A DNA stretch of 47,314 nt from Bacteroidota bacterium (lineage in GTDB: Bacteria > Bacteroidota > Bacteroidia > Bacteroidales > FEN-979): contig JAPLDG010000214.1 of the NCBI GenBank assembly GCA_026391845.1, positions 16,019 through 63,332 of the forward strand, written 5' to 3'. A program made the translations under genes and the position numbers. Below the pieces are notes generated by a model. The model saw only the letters and a list, made by a program, of their open reading frames with translations. It was not told the origin of the DNA and searched no databases. This document shows, one piece after another, positions 8,766-16,879 of the stretch (within the stretch, counting starts at the first letter, position 1; each line of letters starts with the position of its first letter).

Positions 8766-10541
8766 ATGAAGATCGACACGCTTGGTGAAAAACTCATTCT
8801 TTACTTTGTATTGTTAGGCATTGGTGCAATCCTGATCATCAGCACAGTGGCATTTTACAGCAACAAAGAAGCATTGATGAGCCGCACTTTCGATCAACTT
8901 ACTTCACTCCGGATTGTTAAAAAAAATCAGATCGGCCAATTTTATTTTGACCGGATCAGAGACCTCTCCTTTATGGCAGGATATTCCTCAAAAGGTCCAC
9001 TCTCCCTCCAGAAAGCGATAATATCCGGCAGGTTCCGTTTTCCGGGACAATATTTTTCAGCCTATTACTTTTTGGGGCCTGAAGGTGTCGTGACACAGGG
9101 TTGTTTTGACACAGCAGTTTCAGCGCCACCATTGGTATCCGAAAAGGTTTTCAATAAAATCGAGGATCAGCTGCGCATAAGGCCAGTGGTGGTTTACGAC
9201 GAAGCCATAGATGAGCAAAGCGGTAAACCATACCAGCTAATCGCAACAAGGATGACTGACACAGATAAAGGAAAAAAGCCGGGGCAGTGGATTCTTTTGC
9301 TTGCAGTTTCCATGGATGCCATCAATGCGATCATGCTTAACAATGACCCGTTGAGCGGACTCGGGCTGAGTGGCGAAACCTACCTTGTAGGACAGGATTA
9401 CCTCATGCGGTCCAATTCCAGGTTTCAGCCCAATTCGATCCTGAGAACAGCTGTCAGAACACAACCTGTAATAAAAGCCATGTCGGGCTCTTCAGGTACC
9501 ATGACGACAACTGATTACCGCAACATACCCGTGCTATCTGCATACGACACGATCAGCGTATCCGGACTGACCTGGGCGATATTGGCTGAAATTGACATGA
9601 AAGAGGCCATGGTTCCAATTTATGAAACCCGCACACACATCCTCCTGCTAAGCGTTATCATGATCGTTATCTTTTTCGGAATTGTCCTGTTTATCTCCAG
9701 GCGCATCACCAAACCGCTGATCCGGCTCCGGAATGCAGTTGTAAAGGTTGGAAAGGGACATTACGATATCGACCTCCCGATTGAAACACAGGATGAAATC
9801 GGGGCGCTCACCGAATCATTCAATATGATGGCCCTGCAGATAAAGGAAAAAACGACTGAACTCCAGATGGAAAGGTTCGGTCGCATACGTTCGGTATTTG
9901 ACGGGGAAGAAATTGAGCGGCAGCGTCTTTCACGTGAACTCCATGATGGTATCGGACAATCACTGATTGCCATTAAGCTGCGTCTTGAGAACCTCTTGTA
10001 TCAGGAAGGAAATGACATCCGTACTTCCATTCAGGAGTTGAAGAACTATTTTGATCAAATTATCGATGAAGTGCGCCGCATCTCGAACAACCTTATGCCA
10101 TCGGTGTTGGAGGTTTTCAGCATTCCGATTGCATTCCGCAATCTTTTTTCGGAGACAGAAGAGCATAGCGGTCTACGGATTCATTTTGAAGCCAAAGGGA
10201 ACTTTGACGACCTTGATAAAAAGCTGAAAACCTATATTTACCGATTGACACAGGAAGCGCTGAATAACATTGTAAAACACGCGGAAGCCCGTGAAGTCAG
10301 GGTCAATCTTACCCGGAATACTGTTCAGCTTACGCTGGTGATTCAGGACGATGGAAAGGGTTTTTTACTTGACAAAGTTGGAAAAGATGGCGGAAACGGG
10401 ATTCACAATATGCGTGAACGGGCCAGTTTGCTGCAAGGTCAGATAGATATCCGTTCGGCTCCGTCGAAAGGCACAACAATTACCTTGAACGTACCAATTA
10501 TAGTTACCTATGTCAAAGATCAGAATTTTCCTCGTGGATGA
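8766..10541 (+). CDS. Membrane sensor histidine kinase (periplasmic Cache-like domain, HAMP, HisKA_3, HATPase)
   Basis: Two TMs flank a periplasmic domain with GETYLVG.D.LMRS.SRF. HAMP 'ITKPL...DEIGALTESFN'; H-box ERQRLSRELHDGIGQ; QEALNNIVKHA; DDGKGF. Confidence 0.95.
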   Translation: MKIDTLGEKLILYFVLLGIGAILIISTVAFYSNKEALMSRTFDQLTSLRIVKKNQIGQFYFDRIRDLSFMAGYSSKGPLSLQKAIISGRFRFPGQYFSAYYFLGPEGVVTQGCFDTAVSAPPLVSEKVFNKIEDQLRIRPVVVYDEAIDEQSGKPYQLIATRMTDTDKGKKPGQWILLLAVSMDAINAIMLNNDPLSGLGLSGETYLVGQDYLMRSNSRFQPNSILRTAVRTQPVIKAMSGSSGTMTTTDYRNIPVLSAYDTISVSGLTWAILAEIDMKEAMVPIYETRTHILLLSVIMIVIFFGIVLFISRRITKPLIRLRNAVVKVGKGHYDIDLPIETQDEIGALTESFNMMALQIKEKTTELQMERFGRIRSVFDGEEIERQRLSRELHDGIGQSLIAIKLRLENLLYQEGNDIRTSIQELKNYFDQIIDEVRRISNNLMPSVLEVFSIPIAFRNLFSETEEHSGLRIHFEAKGNFDDLDKKLKTYIYRLTQEALNNIVKHAEAREVRVNLTRNTVQLTLVIQDDGKGFLLDKVGKDGGNGIHNMRERASLLQGQIDIRSAPSKGTTITLNVPIIVTYVKDQNFPRG

Positions 10542-11169
10542 TCACCAGCTTGTAAGAGATGGGATCAAAGCCTTGCTTATCAGCGCCGAAGATTTATTAA
10601 TTCTTGGGGAGGCCTCCTCCGGCAGGGAGTGTTTTGAAAAAATCGCACTGGACCCTCCAGATATCCTCATCCTCGATATCTCATTGCCCGACACCAATGG
10701 CATTGAGATCACAAAACGCATTACCGTTGAATACCCGGAAATGAGGGTGCTCATCCTCTCTATGTACACCAATGAAGATTTCATTTTCAATTCGGTAAAA
10801 GCCGGCGCACGGGGATATCTGCCAAAAAACACATCACGCGAAGAGCTTCTGAGCGCCATCCATGCCATTTATGAGGGAGAGGAATTTTTCTCCGACACTA
10901 TTTCACGCATCATGCTGAAAAGCTATGTCCGTAAAGCCAAGGAAGACGACCTTTCTCCACAGCGGGGCCCGATACCACTCACCTCGCGTGAAATTGAAAT
11001 TCTGAAACTCTTTGCAGAAGGTTATATCAACAAAGAGATCAGCGACCAGCTCGACATCAGCATCCGTACAGTGGAAACTCATAAGAACCACATCATGAAA
11101 AAGCTGGAGTTGAAGTCAACGGTGGAGCTGATCAAGTACGCTATCAGAAATAAAATTGTGGAACTTTGA
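10510..11169 (+). CDS. NarL/LuxR-family DNA-binding response regulator
   Basis: VDDH, LDISLP (phospho-Asp) and GYLPK; HTH 'LTSREIEIL...NKEISDQLDISIRTVETHKNHIMKKL'. Overlaps the kinase by 32 nt. Confidence 0.95.
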   Translation: MSKIRIFLVDDHQLVRDGIKALLISAEDLLILGEASSGRECFEKIALDPPDILILDISLPDTNGIEITKRITVEYPEMRVLILSMYTNEDFIFNSVKAGARGYLPKNTSREELLSAIHAIYEGEEFFSDTISRIMLKSYVRKAKEDDLSPQRGPIPLTSREIEILKLFAEGYINKEISDQLDISIRTVETHKNHIMKKLELKSTVELIKYAIRNKIVEL

Positions 11170-11178
11170 GAAAGGCGT

Positions 11179-11282
11179 GCAGGATTTCCCTTAAGAAATT
11201 CACGTAAGATCACCGCCGTTTTTGCTGACTAAATTTCAGTAGTTTACAGGATTGCGAGACTGCTGCGATCGCCCTAACATTG
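11179..11282 (+). promoter_or_regulatory. Putative activator-dependent promoter of the porin-amtB unit
   Basis: Non-consensus -7 TAACATTG (11275-11282) lies 20 nt after TTG (11252-11254). An imperfect dyad TCAGTAGTTTACAGGA abuts the -33 position, with weaker boxes at about 11179 and 11201. Confidence 0.4.
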
Positions 11283-11312
11283 CATGTGAAAATTTTAACA
11301 AATCGCATGGCA

Positions 11313-12140
11313 ATGAAAAAAACAGCCTCCCCCTTCAAATCATTCATTCTGGTGGTATTGCTTCTGATCCTATCCAATGGAGTAAATGCCCAATTGCAGG
11401 ATGAAAACAAAGTGGAAGAAAAGAGCGCCTCCACGGCCACCTTCAGCGCCGGTGCCGACCTGGTAAGCCGGTACATCTGGCGTGGTGCCGATTATGGAAA
11501 TTCGCCAGCCGTACAGCCATCCATGGCCTTTTCCGTAGCTGGGTTTAAAGCAGGTTTCTGGGGTTCATATGGGTTGGGCCAATACTCGAAACAAGTCGAT
11601 GATTCCACCTTAGTCAACATGGGAAACTATGCTGAATTCGATTTTTTCCTTTCATATACCATGAAAGGCTTCACGTTGATGGCCTATGACTATTTTGTGC
11701 CAAATCCCCTGAACCCGAATTTTGACAACAAGTATTACAATTTTAAGAACAGTACCACCGGGCACACGGTTGAAGTTTGCCTGTCATGGGCAGGGTTAGA
11801 AAAATTTCCGCTGCAGCTCTTTGCAGGCACACTTGTATATGGCGCCGATAAAGGAAAAGATTCCACAGGGGTTTACGGGACAAGCAGTGACAACAATTTT
11901 TCAACCTATTTTGAGGCGGCATACCAGTTCAATGTCAAGGGTTTTGGTGTAAAACCATTCATTGGCGGGATTCCTTTCGGATCATCCTGGTATGGGCCCT
12001 CTGGTGGCATTATCAATGCAGGATTAACGGTTAGCAAGTCCATTCAGATTTCCAAAGAATATTCTCTCCCGGTTTTCAGTTCGGTAATTACCAATCCGCA
12101 GGCAGGGAGTGTTTTTCTGGTGTTTGGTATCTCATTGTAA
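11313..12140 (+). CDS. Outer-membrane beta-barrel, TorF/Gcw_chp-like putative porin
   Basis: Signal peptide (MKK...VNA/Q); 'GADLVSRYIWRG...PAVQP...GFWGS' N-terminal signature; alternating beta-strand pattern; terminal strand FLVFGISL. Start at 11313 or 11307. Confidence 0.75.
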   Translation: MKKTASPFKSFILVVLLLILSNGVNAQLQDENKVEEKSASTATFSAGADLVSRYIWRGADYGNSPAVQPSMAFSVAGFKAGFWGSYGLGQYSKQVDDSTLVNMGNYAEFDFFLSYTMKGFTLMAYDYFVPNPLNPNFDNKYYNFKNSTTGHTVEVCLSWAGLEKFPLQLFAGTLVYGADKGKDSTGVYGTSSDNNFSTYFEAAYQFNVKGFGVKPFIGGIPFGSSWYGPSGGIINAGLTVSKSIQISKEYSLPVFSSVITNPQAGSVFLVFGISL

Positions 12141-12186
12141 TCAGCAATACAGCACAAATATATTTTTAATTTCTAATTGAATTTTT

Positions 12187-13416
12187 ATGGGAACGATCGA
12201 TGTTGGTTCAACCGGGTTTATGCTGTTGTCAGCGAGTCTGGTTATGTTAATGACGCCTGCGCTGGCGTTTTTTTACGGAGGCCTGGCCTCCAAACGGAAT
12301 ATCCTCGGGATTATGATCCAGAGTTTTGCATCATTGGGGTGGACAACCGTTCTTTGGGTCACTTTTGGTTACTCCCTGTGTTTCAGTGGCGGTGAAGGTG
12401 GCATTTTTGGCAACCTTGATAAAGTTTTCCTCAACGGAGTCACCATTGATTCTATTTATGCAGGCAACGGAAAAATCCCGGAAATCGTTTTTATCGTTTA
12501 TCAGATGATGTTTGCCATCATCACACCAGCCCTGATCACCGGCGCTTTTGTGAATCGTGTGACATTCCGCTCCTACATGATCTTTCTCACCGTATGGCAG
12601 ATCATGGTTTACTACCCGTTTGTCCATATGATCTGGGGTAACGGACTCCTTGCACAGTGGGGTGTTCTTGACTTCGCAGGAGGTATTGTGGTGCACGCTA
12701 CGGCTGGTTTTGCAGCGCTTGCTTCAGTGTTCTATGTGGGTGCCCGTTCCGATAAAAGCTCCACTCCAAACAGCATACCACTTGTAGCCATCGGAAGCGG
12801 TCTTCTCTGGTTTGGCTGGTACGGTTTCAATGCCGGCAGTGAACTTCAGGTGGATAAAATCACGGCACTTGCCTTTATCAACACCGATGTTGCTGCATCG
12901 TTTGCCACAGCCGCCTGGGTTGCCATCGAATGGATACGTGAAGGGAGGCCAAAGCTTCTCGGCTTGCTAACAGGCTCTATTGCCGGATTAGCCACTATCA
13001 CACCATGCGCAGGGTTCGTTCCCATGTGGTCGGCACCCATCATCGGGGTGGCAGCAGGGGTGACATGCTATCTGGCAGTTCAACTCAAAAACAAATTGAA
13101 ATGGGATGATGCGCTCGATGTTTGGGGTGTACACGGGATTGGCGGTGTACTTGGCACCATTCTGCTCGGGGTTTTTGCAACAAAACTGATCAATCCGGCC
13201 GTATTATCTGAAGGCTTGTGGTTTGGCCAAAGCTCCTTTTTCTTCAAGCAACTCATTACGGTGGTTGCCGCATCAGCCTACGCGTTCATATTCACTTACA
13301 TTATGCTGGCGCTGATCAACCTGATAACCCCGGTAAGAGTAACCCATGAACATGAAAAGGCAGGGCTGGATGTTGCTTTGCATGGGGAGAGGGCGTACGA
13401 CGAAGGTTCCCTCTGA
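12187..13416 (+). CDS. amtB: Ammonium transporter
   Basis: MTPALAFFYGG, QMMFAIITPALITGA, DFAGGIVVH and GVHG (twin His), LWFGWYGFNAGS, and C-terminal GLD..LHGE.AY. Confidence 0.97.
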   Translation: MGTIDVGSTGFMLLSASLVMLMTPALAFFYGGLASKRNILGIMIQSFASLGWTTVLWVTFGYSLCFSGGEGGIFGNLDKVFLNGVTIDSIYAGNGKIPEIVFIVYQMMFAIITPALITGAFVNRVTFRSYMIFLTVWQIMVYYPFVHMIWGNGLLAQWGVLDFAGGIVVHATAGFAALASVFYVGARSDKSSTPNSIPLVAIGSGLLWFGWYGFNAGSELQVDKITALAFINTDVAASFATAAWVAIEWIREGRPKLLGLLTGSIAGLATITPCAGFVPMWSAPIIGVAAGVTCYLAVQLKNKLKWDDALDVWGVHGIGGVLGTILLGVFATKLINPAVLSEGLWFGQSSFFFKQLITVVAASAYAFIFTYIMLALINLITPVRVTHEHEKAGLDVALHGERAYDEGSL

Positions 13417-13428
13417 TCTCAAAATATC

Positions 13429-13481
13429 AAGACGCCAAGTCCGTAATTCACCTCAGTGAAATTTTACCGGCTTGGCGTCTT
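13429..13481. terminator. Long hairpin between convergent genes, likely a bidirectional terminator
   Basis: AAGACGCCAAG (13429-13439) and CTTGGCGTCTT (13471-13481) are a perfect 11-bp inverted repeat, with an inner TTCAC/GTGAA stem. Confidence 0.65.
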
Positions 13482-13486
13482 TGTTG

Positions 13487-13858
13487 TTAAACAGCGCCTT
13501 TTTTCAGCGCTTTCAAAACAGCCGGGCCAAGTTCCTGTATTGTGTTTTTACTGATAAAATCCGTTGCGCCTGCATTGATGCATTGATTTCTGATCTCTTC
13601 GCTTGTTGAACCTGTAACAATGATAAACGGCGTCAGGGGCGAGTGTTTGATGGCAAGGACGAGTGCAGTTTTCCAATCAAAACCAGGGATGCTGAAATCT
13701 GAGATGATAATCTCAGGTCTGAATTCTATTAATGAAAGTAGAAATGCATCCTTATCCTCAACAATCTGAAATTCACAAGGACCAAGCGTCTTTTTTATTT
13801 CTCTGCTGATCAGATATGCATCCGATGGCATATCCTCAATTTGTAGAACCCGGACCAT
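13487..13858 (-). CDS. Stand-alone receiver-domain response regulator
   Basis: 123 aa; IED, IISDFSIP, IVTG and GATDFISK receiver motifs; no output domain. Confidence 0.88.
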   Translation of the reverse strand: MVRVLQIEDMPSDAYLISREIKKTLGPCEFQIVEDKDAFLLSLIEFRPEIIISDFSIPGFDWKTALVLAIKHSPLTPFIIVTGSTSEEIRNQCINAGATDFISKNTIQELGPAVLKALKKGAV

Positions 13859-14022
13859 GCAGTATGATATTTGTAAAGTAAGTTGTTATAACCTCGCCTT
13901 CAACAAAATAATTCTTAGATAGAAGTTTGAAAAAAGCGCGCTAATATACAGCGAAATTTATGAATAATCCAATAAAGAAAATTTTACGCACATCATTTTT
14001 ACTTACCATTGATAATTCATTT

Positions 14023-14030
14023 TACCTTTG
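14023..14030 (+). promoter_or_regulatory. -7 promoter element of panC
   Basis: TACCTTTG 26 nt upstream of ATG 14057. Confidence 0.65.
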
Positions 14031-14056
14031 ACAATTGGGATATTTATAACCAGCTG

Positions 14057-14908
14057 ATGAAACAATTTACGCACATTGCAGAAACTGCGGATTATCTTGA
14101 AATCCAAAGAGAAAAAGATCTCATGATTGGATTTGTACCAACAATGGGCGCTTTGCATGAAGGTCACCTTGCCCTGATAAAAAGGTCTCTGCAGGAAAAC
14201 GATATCACAGTATGCAGCATCTTCGTCAATCCGATACAATTCAACAACAATAATGACCTTGCAAACTATCCGCGTACTTTATCGCAGGATTTAAAAATGC
14301 TGGAATCATGCGGGTGTGATGTTGTTTTTTTTCCTGACACTGCAGAAATGTACCCGGATGGTGAAACGATCAGTTTTGGCCTTAACTTCGGAACACTCGA
14401 CAAGGTTTTGGAGGGGCAATTCCGTCCGGGACATTTCAATGGTGTTGCCATTGTTGTAAAAAAATTATTCGATATTGTTCAACCAACACATGCCTACTTC
14501 GGGAAAAAGGATTTCCAGCAACTCGCAATCATCAAACACATGGTTTACGCGATGGGGATTCCTGTTGAAATTATTCCTTGCGAAACCATCCGGGAGGTGG
14601 ATGGACTGGCCATGAGTTCACGGAATACAAGGCTTTCTCCCGCCGAACGTAAACTGGCTTCGGGAATTTATCAGACACTGCTGAATGTCCGTGAAAAAAT
14701 TGGAAAAACACCTGTTCCAGAACTTAAAGAGTGGGCTGTAAAAAAAATTGAGGAAAATGACGGGTTTCGGGTGGAATATTTTGAAATCGTTGACCAGGAG
14801 AGCCTGATGCCAATGGAGGATTGGACTTCCAGGGATCGTGCAGTGGCCCTTGTTGCTGTTTTTGTGGGGGATGTGAGGCTGATCGACAATATTGAACTTT
14901 TTTCGTAA
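14057..14908 (+). CDS. panC: Pantoate--beta-alanine ligase
   Basis: GFVPTMGALHEGH, SIFVNPIQF, RPGHFNGV, GKKDFQQ, GLAMSSRN and VRLIDN motifs. Confidence 0.97.
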   Translation: MKQFTHIAETADYLEIQREKDLMIGFVPTMGALHEGHLALIKRSLQENDITVCSIFVNPIQFNNNNDLANYPRTLSQDLKMLESCGCDVVFFPDTAEMYPDGETISFGLNFGTLDKVLEGQFRPGHFNGVAIVVKKLFDIVQPTHAYFGKKDFQQLAIIKHMVYAMGIPVEIIPCETIREVDGLAMSSRNTRLSPAERKLASGIYQTLLNVREKIGKTPVPELKEWAVKKIEENDGFRVEYFEIVDQESLMPMEDWTSRDRAVALVAVFVGDVRLIDNIELFS

Positions 14909-14917
14909 TTTTGCGGC

Positions 14918-15286
14918 ATGATGCAGATTCAAGTATTAAAATCGAAGATCCATCGTGCCGTTGTTACAGATGCCGACATCAATTATGTTGGCAGTATTAC
15001 GATTGATGAAGCCTTGATGAACGCCTCGAATCTTATTGAATTTGAGAAAGTACAGGTCTTGAACATCAACAATGGCGAGCGGATCGAAACATATGTCATT
15101 AAAGGAAAACCAGGAAGTGGCATCATTTGTTTGAACGGAGCTGCCGCCCGAAAATTTTTACCCAATGACCTTGTGATTATTGTCTCTTATGCTATGATGG
15201 ATTTTGAGGAAGCAAAAATATTCTGCCCCAGCATTGCCTTTGTCGATTCTGAAAATAAATTGGTCAAAGGTGAAAAAACACAATAA
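14918..15286 (+). CDS. panD: Aspartate 1-decarboxylase
   Basis: [11 protein letters not shown]|SITID autocleavage site, NNGERIETY and LNGAAAR. Confidence 0.97.
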   Translation: MMQIQVLKSKIHRAVVTDADINYVGSITIDEALMNASNLIEFEKVQVLNINNGERIETYVIKGKPGSGIICLNGAAARKFLPNDLVIIVSYAMMDFEEAKIFCPSIAFVDSENKLVKGEKTQ

Positions 15287-16329
15287 TGGCCGACTTTACA
15301 ATTGAAGAAACCCCACGGACAAACCGGGCAACAACCTTTATTAAATTCGCGGTTTTCCTTGGTCTTGGTATATTTATCATTTGGCTATCGCTCAGAGGAT
15401 TAACTCCAAATGAGCGTGTTCAGATATTGCACTCTTTCCGCATTGCAAATTACAATTGGGTTATTTTTTCGATCGCAATGGGCATTACAAGTCATGTGCT
15501 CCGTGCACTGCGATGGATGTTGTTTTTCGAGCCGCTAGGCTATCATCCTTCCTTGAAAAATACTTTTTTTGCAGTGATGGTTGGTTATTTTGCAAACATG
15601 GCTTTTCCTAGACTAGGCGAAGTTACCCGTTGCGGTATCCTTGCACGGTATGAAAAAATCCCATTTAATAAATCTTTCGGTACGGTGATAACCGAACGAG
15701 CCATTGATATGATTTTATTCATCTTCCTTTTCTTTTTAATGATTTTTACGCAGGCAAAGACTATCGGGCACTATCTCAATTCCAATATCTACCCAAAACT
15801 GGCTGAAAAGTTTAACAACCCAATCTTCAGCAGGGTGTTTATTTTTTCCGCAGTTGCCCTAGGCATCATTCTCCTTACCTTGGTTTTCCTGATGCGTAAG
15901 AGAATCGCAGCTTCCAAATTGTTTCATAAGATGAAAGGCCTTATCCTTGGTTTTTGGGAAGGTCTTAAATCACTGAGCCAGATTAACAAGCCAGGCCTTT
16001 TCATTTTTTACTCACTGGCTATATGGACCCTGTATTTTCTGATGATCTACGTATGCTTTTTCTGCTTTACCGATACAAGTTCGCTGAGTCCCGGGGCAGG
16101 ATTATCCGCGTTGGTACTGGGCAGCGTTGGCATTATGGTCACTCCCGGAGGCATCGGGCTTTATCCGGCAATCATCCAGGAAACGATGTTGCTTTATGGA
16201 ATTGTTCGTACAACCGGTTTAGCCCTGGGATGGATTTCATGGACTGCCCAAACCAGCATGATTTTAGCTTTAGGAGGGATTTCCCTCATTTTATTATCAT
16301 TCAACAAACAAAAACATGGAAAGGCTTAG
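15286..16329 (+). CDS. UPF0104 / lysylphosphatidylglycerol-synthase TM-domain (flippase-like) protein
   Basis: RALRW, GYFAN..PRLGE..R, TER..D and TPGGIG.Y motifs; multi-TM. Confidence 0.88.
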   Translation: MADFTIEETPRTNRATTFIKFAVFLGLGIFIIWLSLRGLTPNERVQILHSFRIANYNWVIFSIAMGITSHVLRALRWMLFFEPLGYHPSLKNTFFAVMVGYFANMAFPRLGEVTRCGILARYEKIPFNKSFGTVITERAIDMILFIFLFFLMIFTQAKTIGHYLNSNIYPKLAEKFNNPIFSRVFIFSAVALGIILLTLVFLMRKRIAASKLFHKMKGLILGFWEGLKSLSQINKPGLFIFYSLAIWTLYFLMIYVCFFCFTDTSSLSPGAGLSALVLGSVGIMVTPGGIGLYPAIIQETMLLYGIVRTTGLALGWISWTAQTSMILALGGISLILLSFNKQKHGKA

Positions 16330-16813
16330 CATCATAAAGTCGAAAATTTATACCTGGGATCATCTCCGCCGACAACTTGCGATATGGAGGTTCAAAGGTA
16401 AAACACTGGTATTTTCAAATGGCTGCTTCGATGTGTTGCACCTTGGGCATGTTGAATATCTGGCCAAAGCCCGTGACCTGGGCGATATTTTAATTGTTGG
16501 CCTCAACTCTGATGACTCCGTGCGAAGGATCAAAGGCGCTCACCGGCCGGTTAACAAGGAAGAGGCAAGAGCCATCACGCTCGCAGGCTTTTCATTTGTC
16601 GATTGTGTTGTCGTGTTTGGAGAAGATACTCCCCACGAATTGATCAAATTTGTACAGCCGGATATTCTGGTGAAAGGAAAAGATTATGATGACAAGGAAA
16701 TTATTGGCAGTGACGTGGTAAAAGCCCGCGGAGGCCAGGTGGTTACCATCGAACTTACCAAAGGGTATTCAACAACCCATACGATTGAGCTGGCGCAGAA
16801 GGTGCATCTGTAA
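16316..16813 (+). CDS. rfaE2: D-glycero-beta-D-manno-heptose 1-phosphate adenylyltransferase
   Basis: NGCFDVLHLGH, GLNSDDSVRRIKG..RP, PDILVKG.DY and GYSTT motifs. Confidence 0.9.
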   Translation: MERLSIIKSKIYTWDHLRRQLAIWRFKGKTLVFSNGCFDVLHLGHVEYLAKARDLGDILIVGLNSDDSVRRIKGAHRPVNKEEARAITLAGFSFVDCVVVFGEDTPHELIKFVQPDILVKGKDYDDKEIIGSDVVKARGGQVVTIELTKGYSTTHTIELAQKVHL

Positions 16814-16822
16814 CGGTGATTA

Positions 16823-16850
16823 CGTGACGCGAGACGCGTGACACGTGACA
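16823..16850 (+). repeat. Heptamer tandem array (CGTGACR)x4
   Basis: CGTGACG CGAGACG CGTGACA CGTGACA between rfaE2 and radA. Confidence 0.9.
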
Positions 16851-16879
16851 ATGGTGCATTTTCGAATTAATAAATTCTC

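Noticed and set aside
14009-14056. N-terminal extensions in the ORF track (panC 14009, obgE 32184, hpt 33302, trmB 46760, META 29753)
   Set aside because: They overlap promoter elements or neighbouring genes and precede the family-conserved N-termini; downstream starts were used instead.
16823-16850. Heptamer arrays as CRISPR repeats
   Set aside because: 7-bp tandem units with no spacers and no cas genes.
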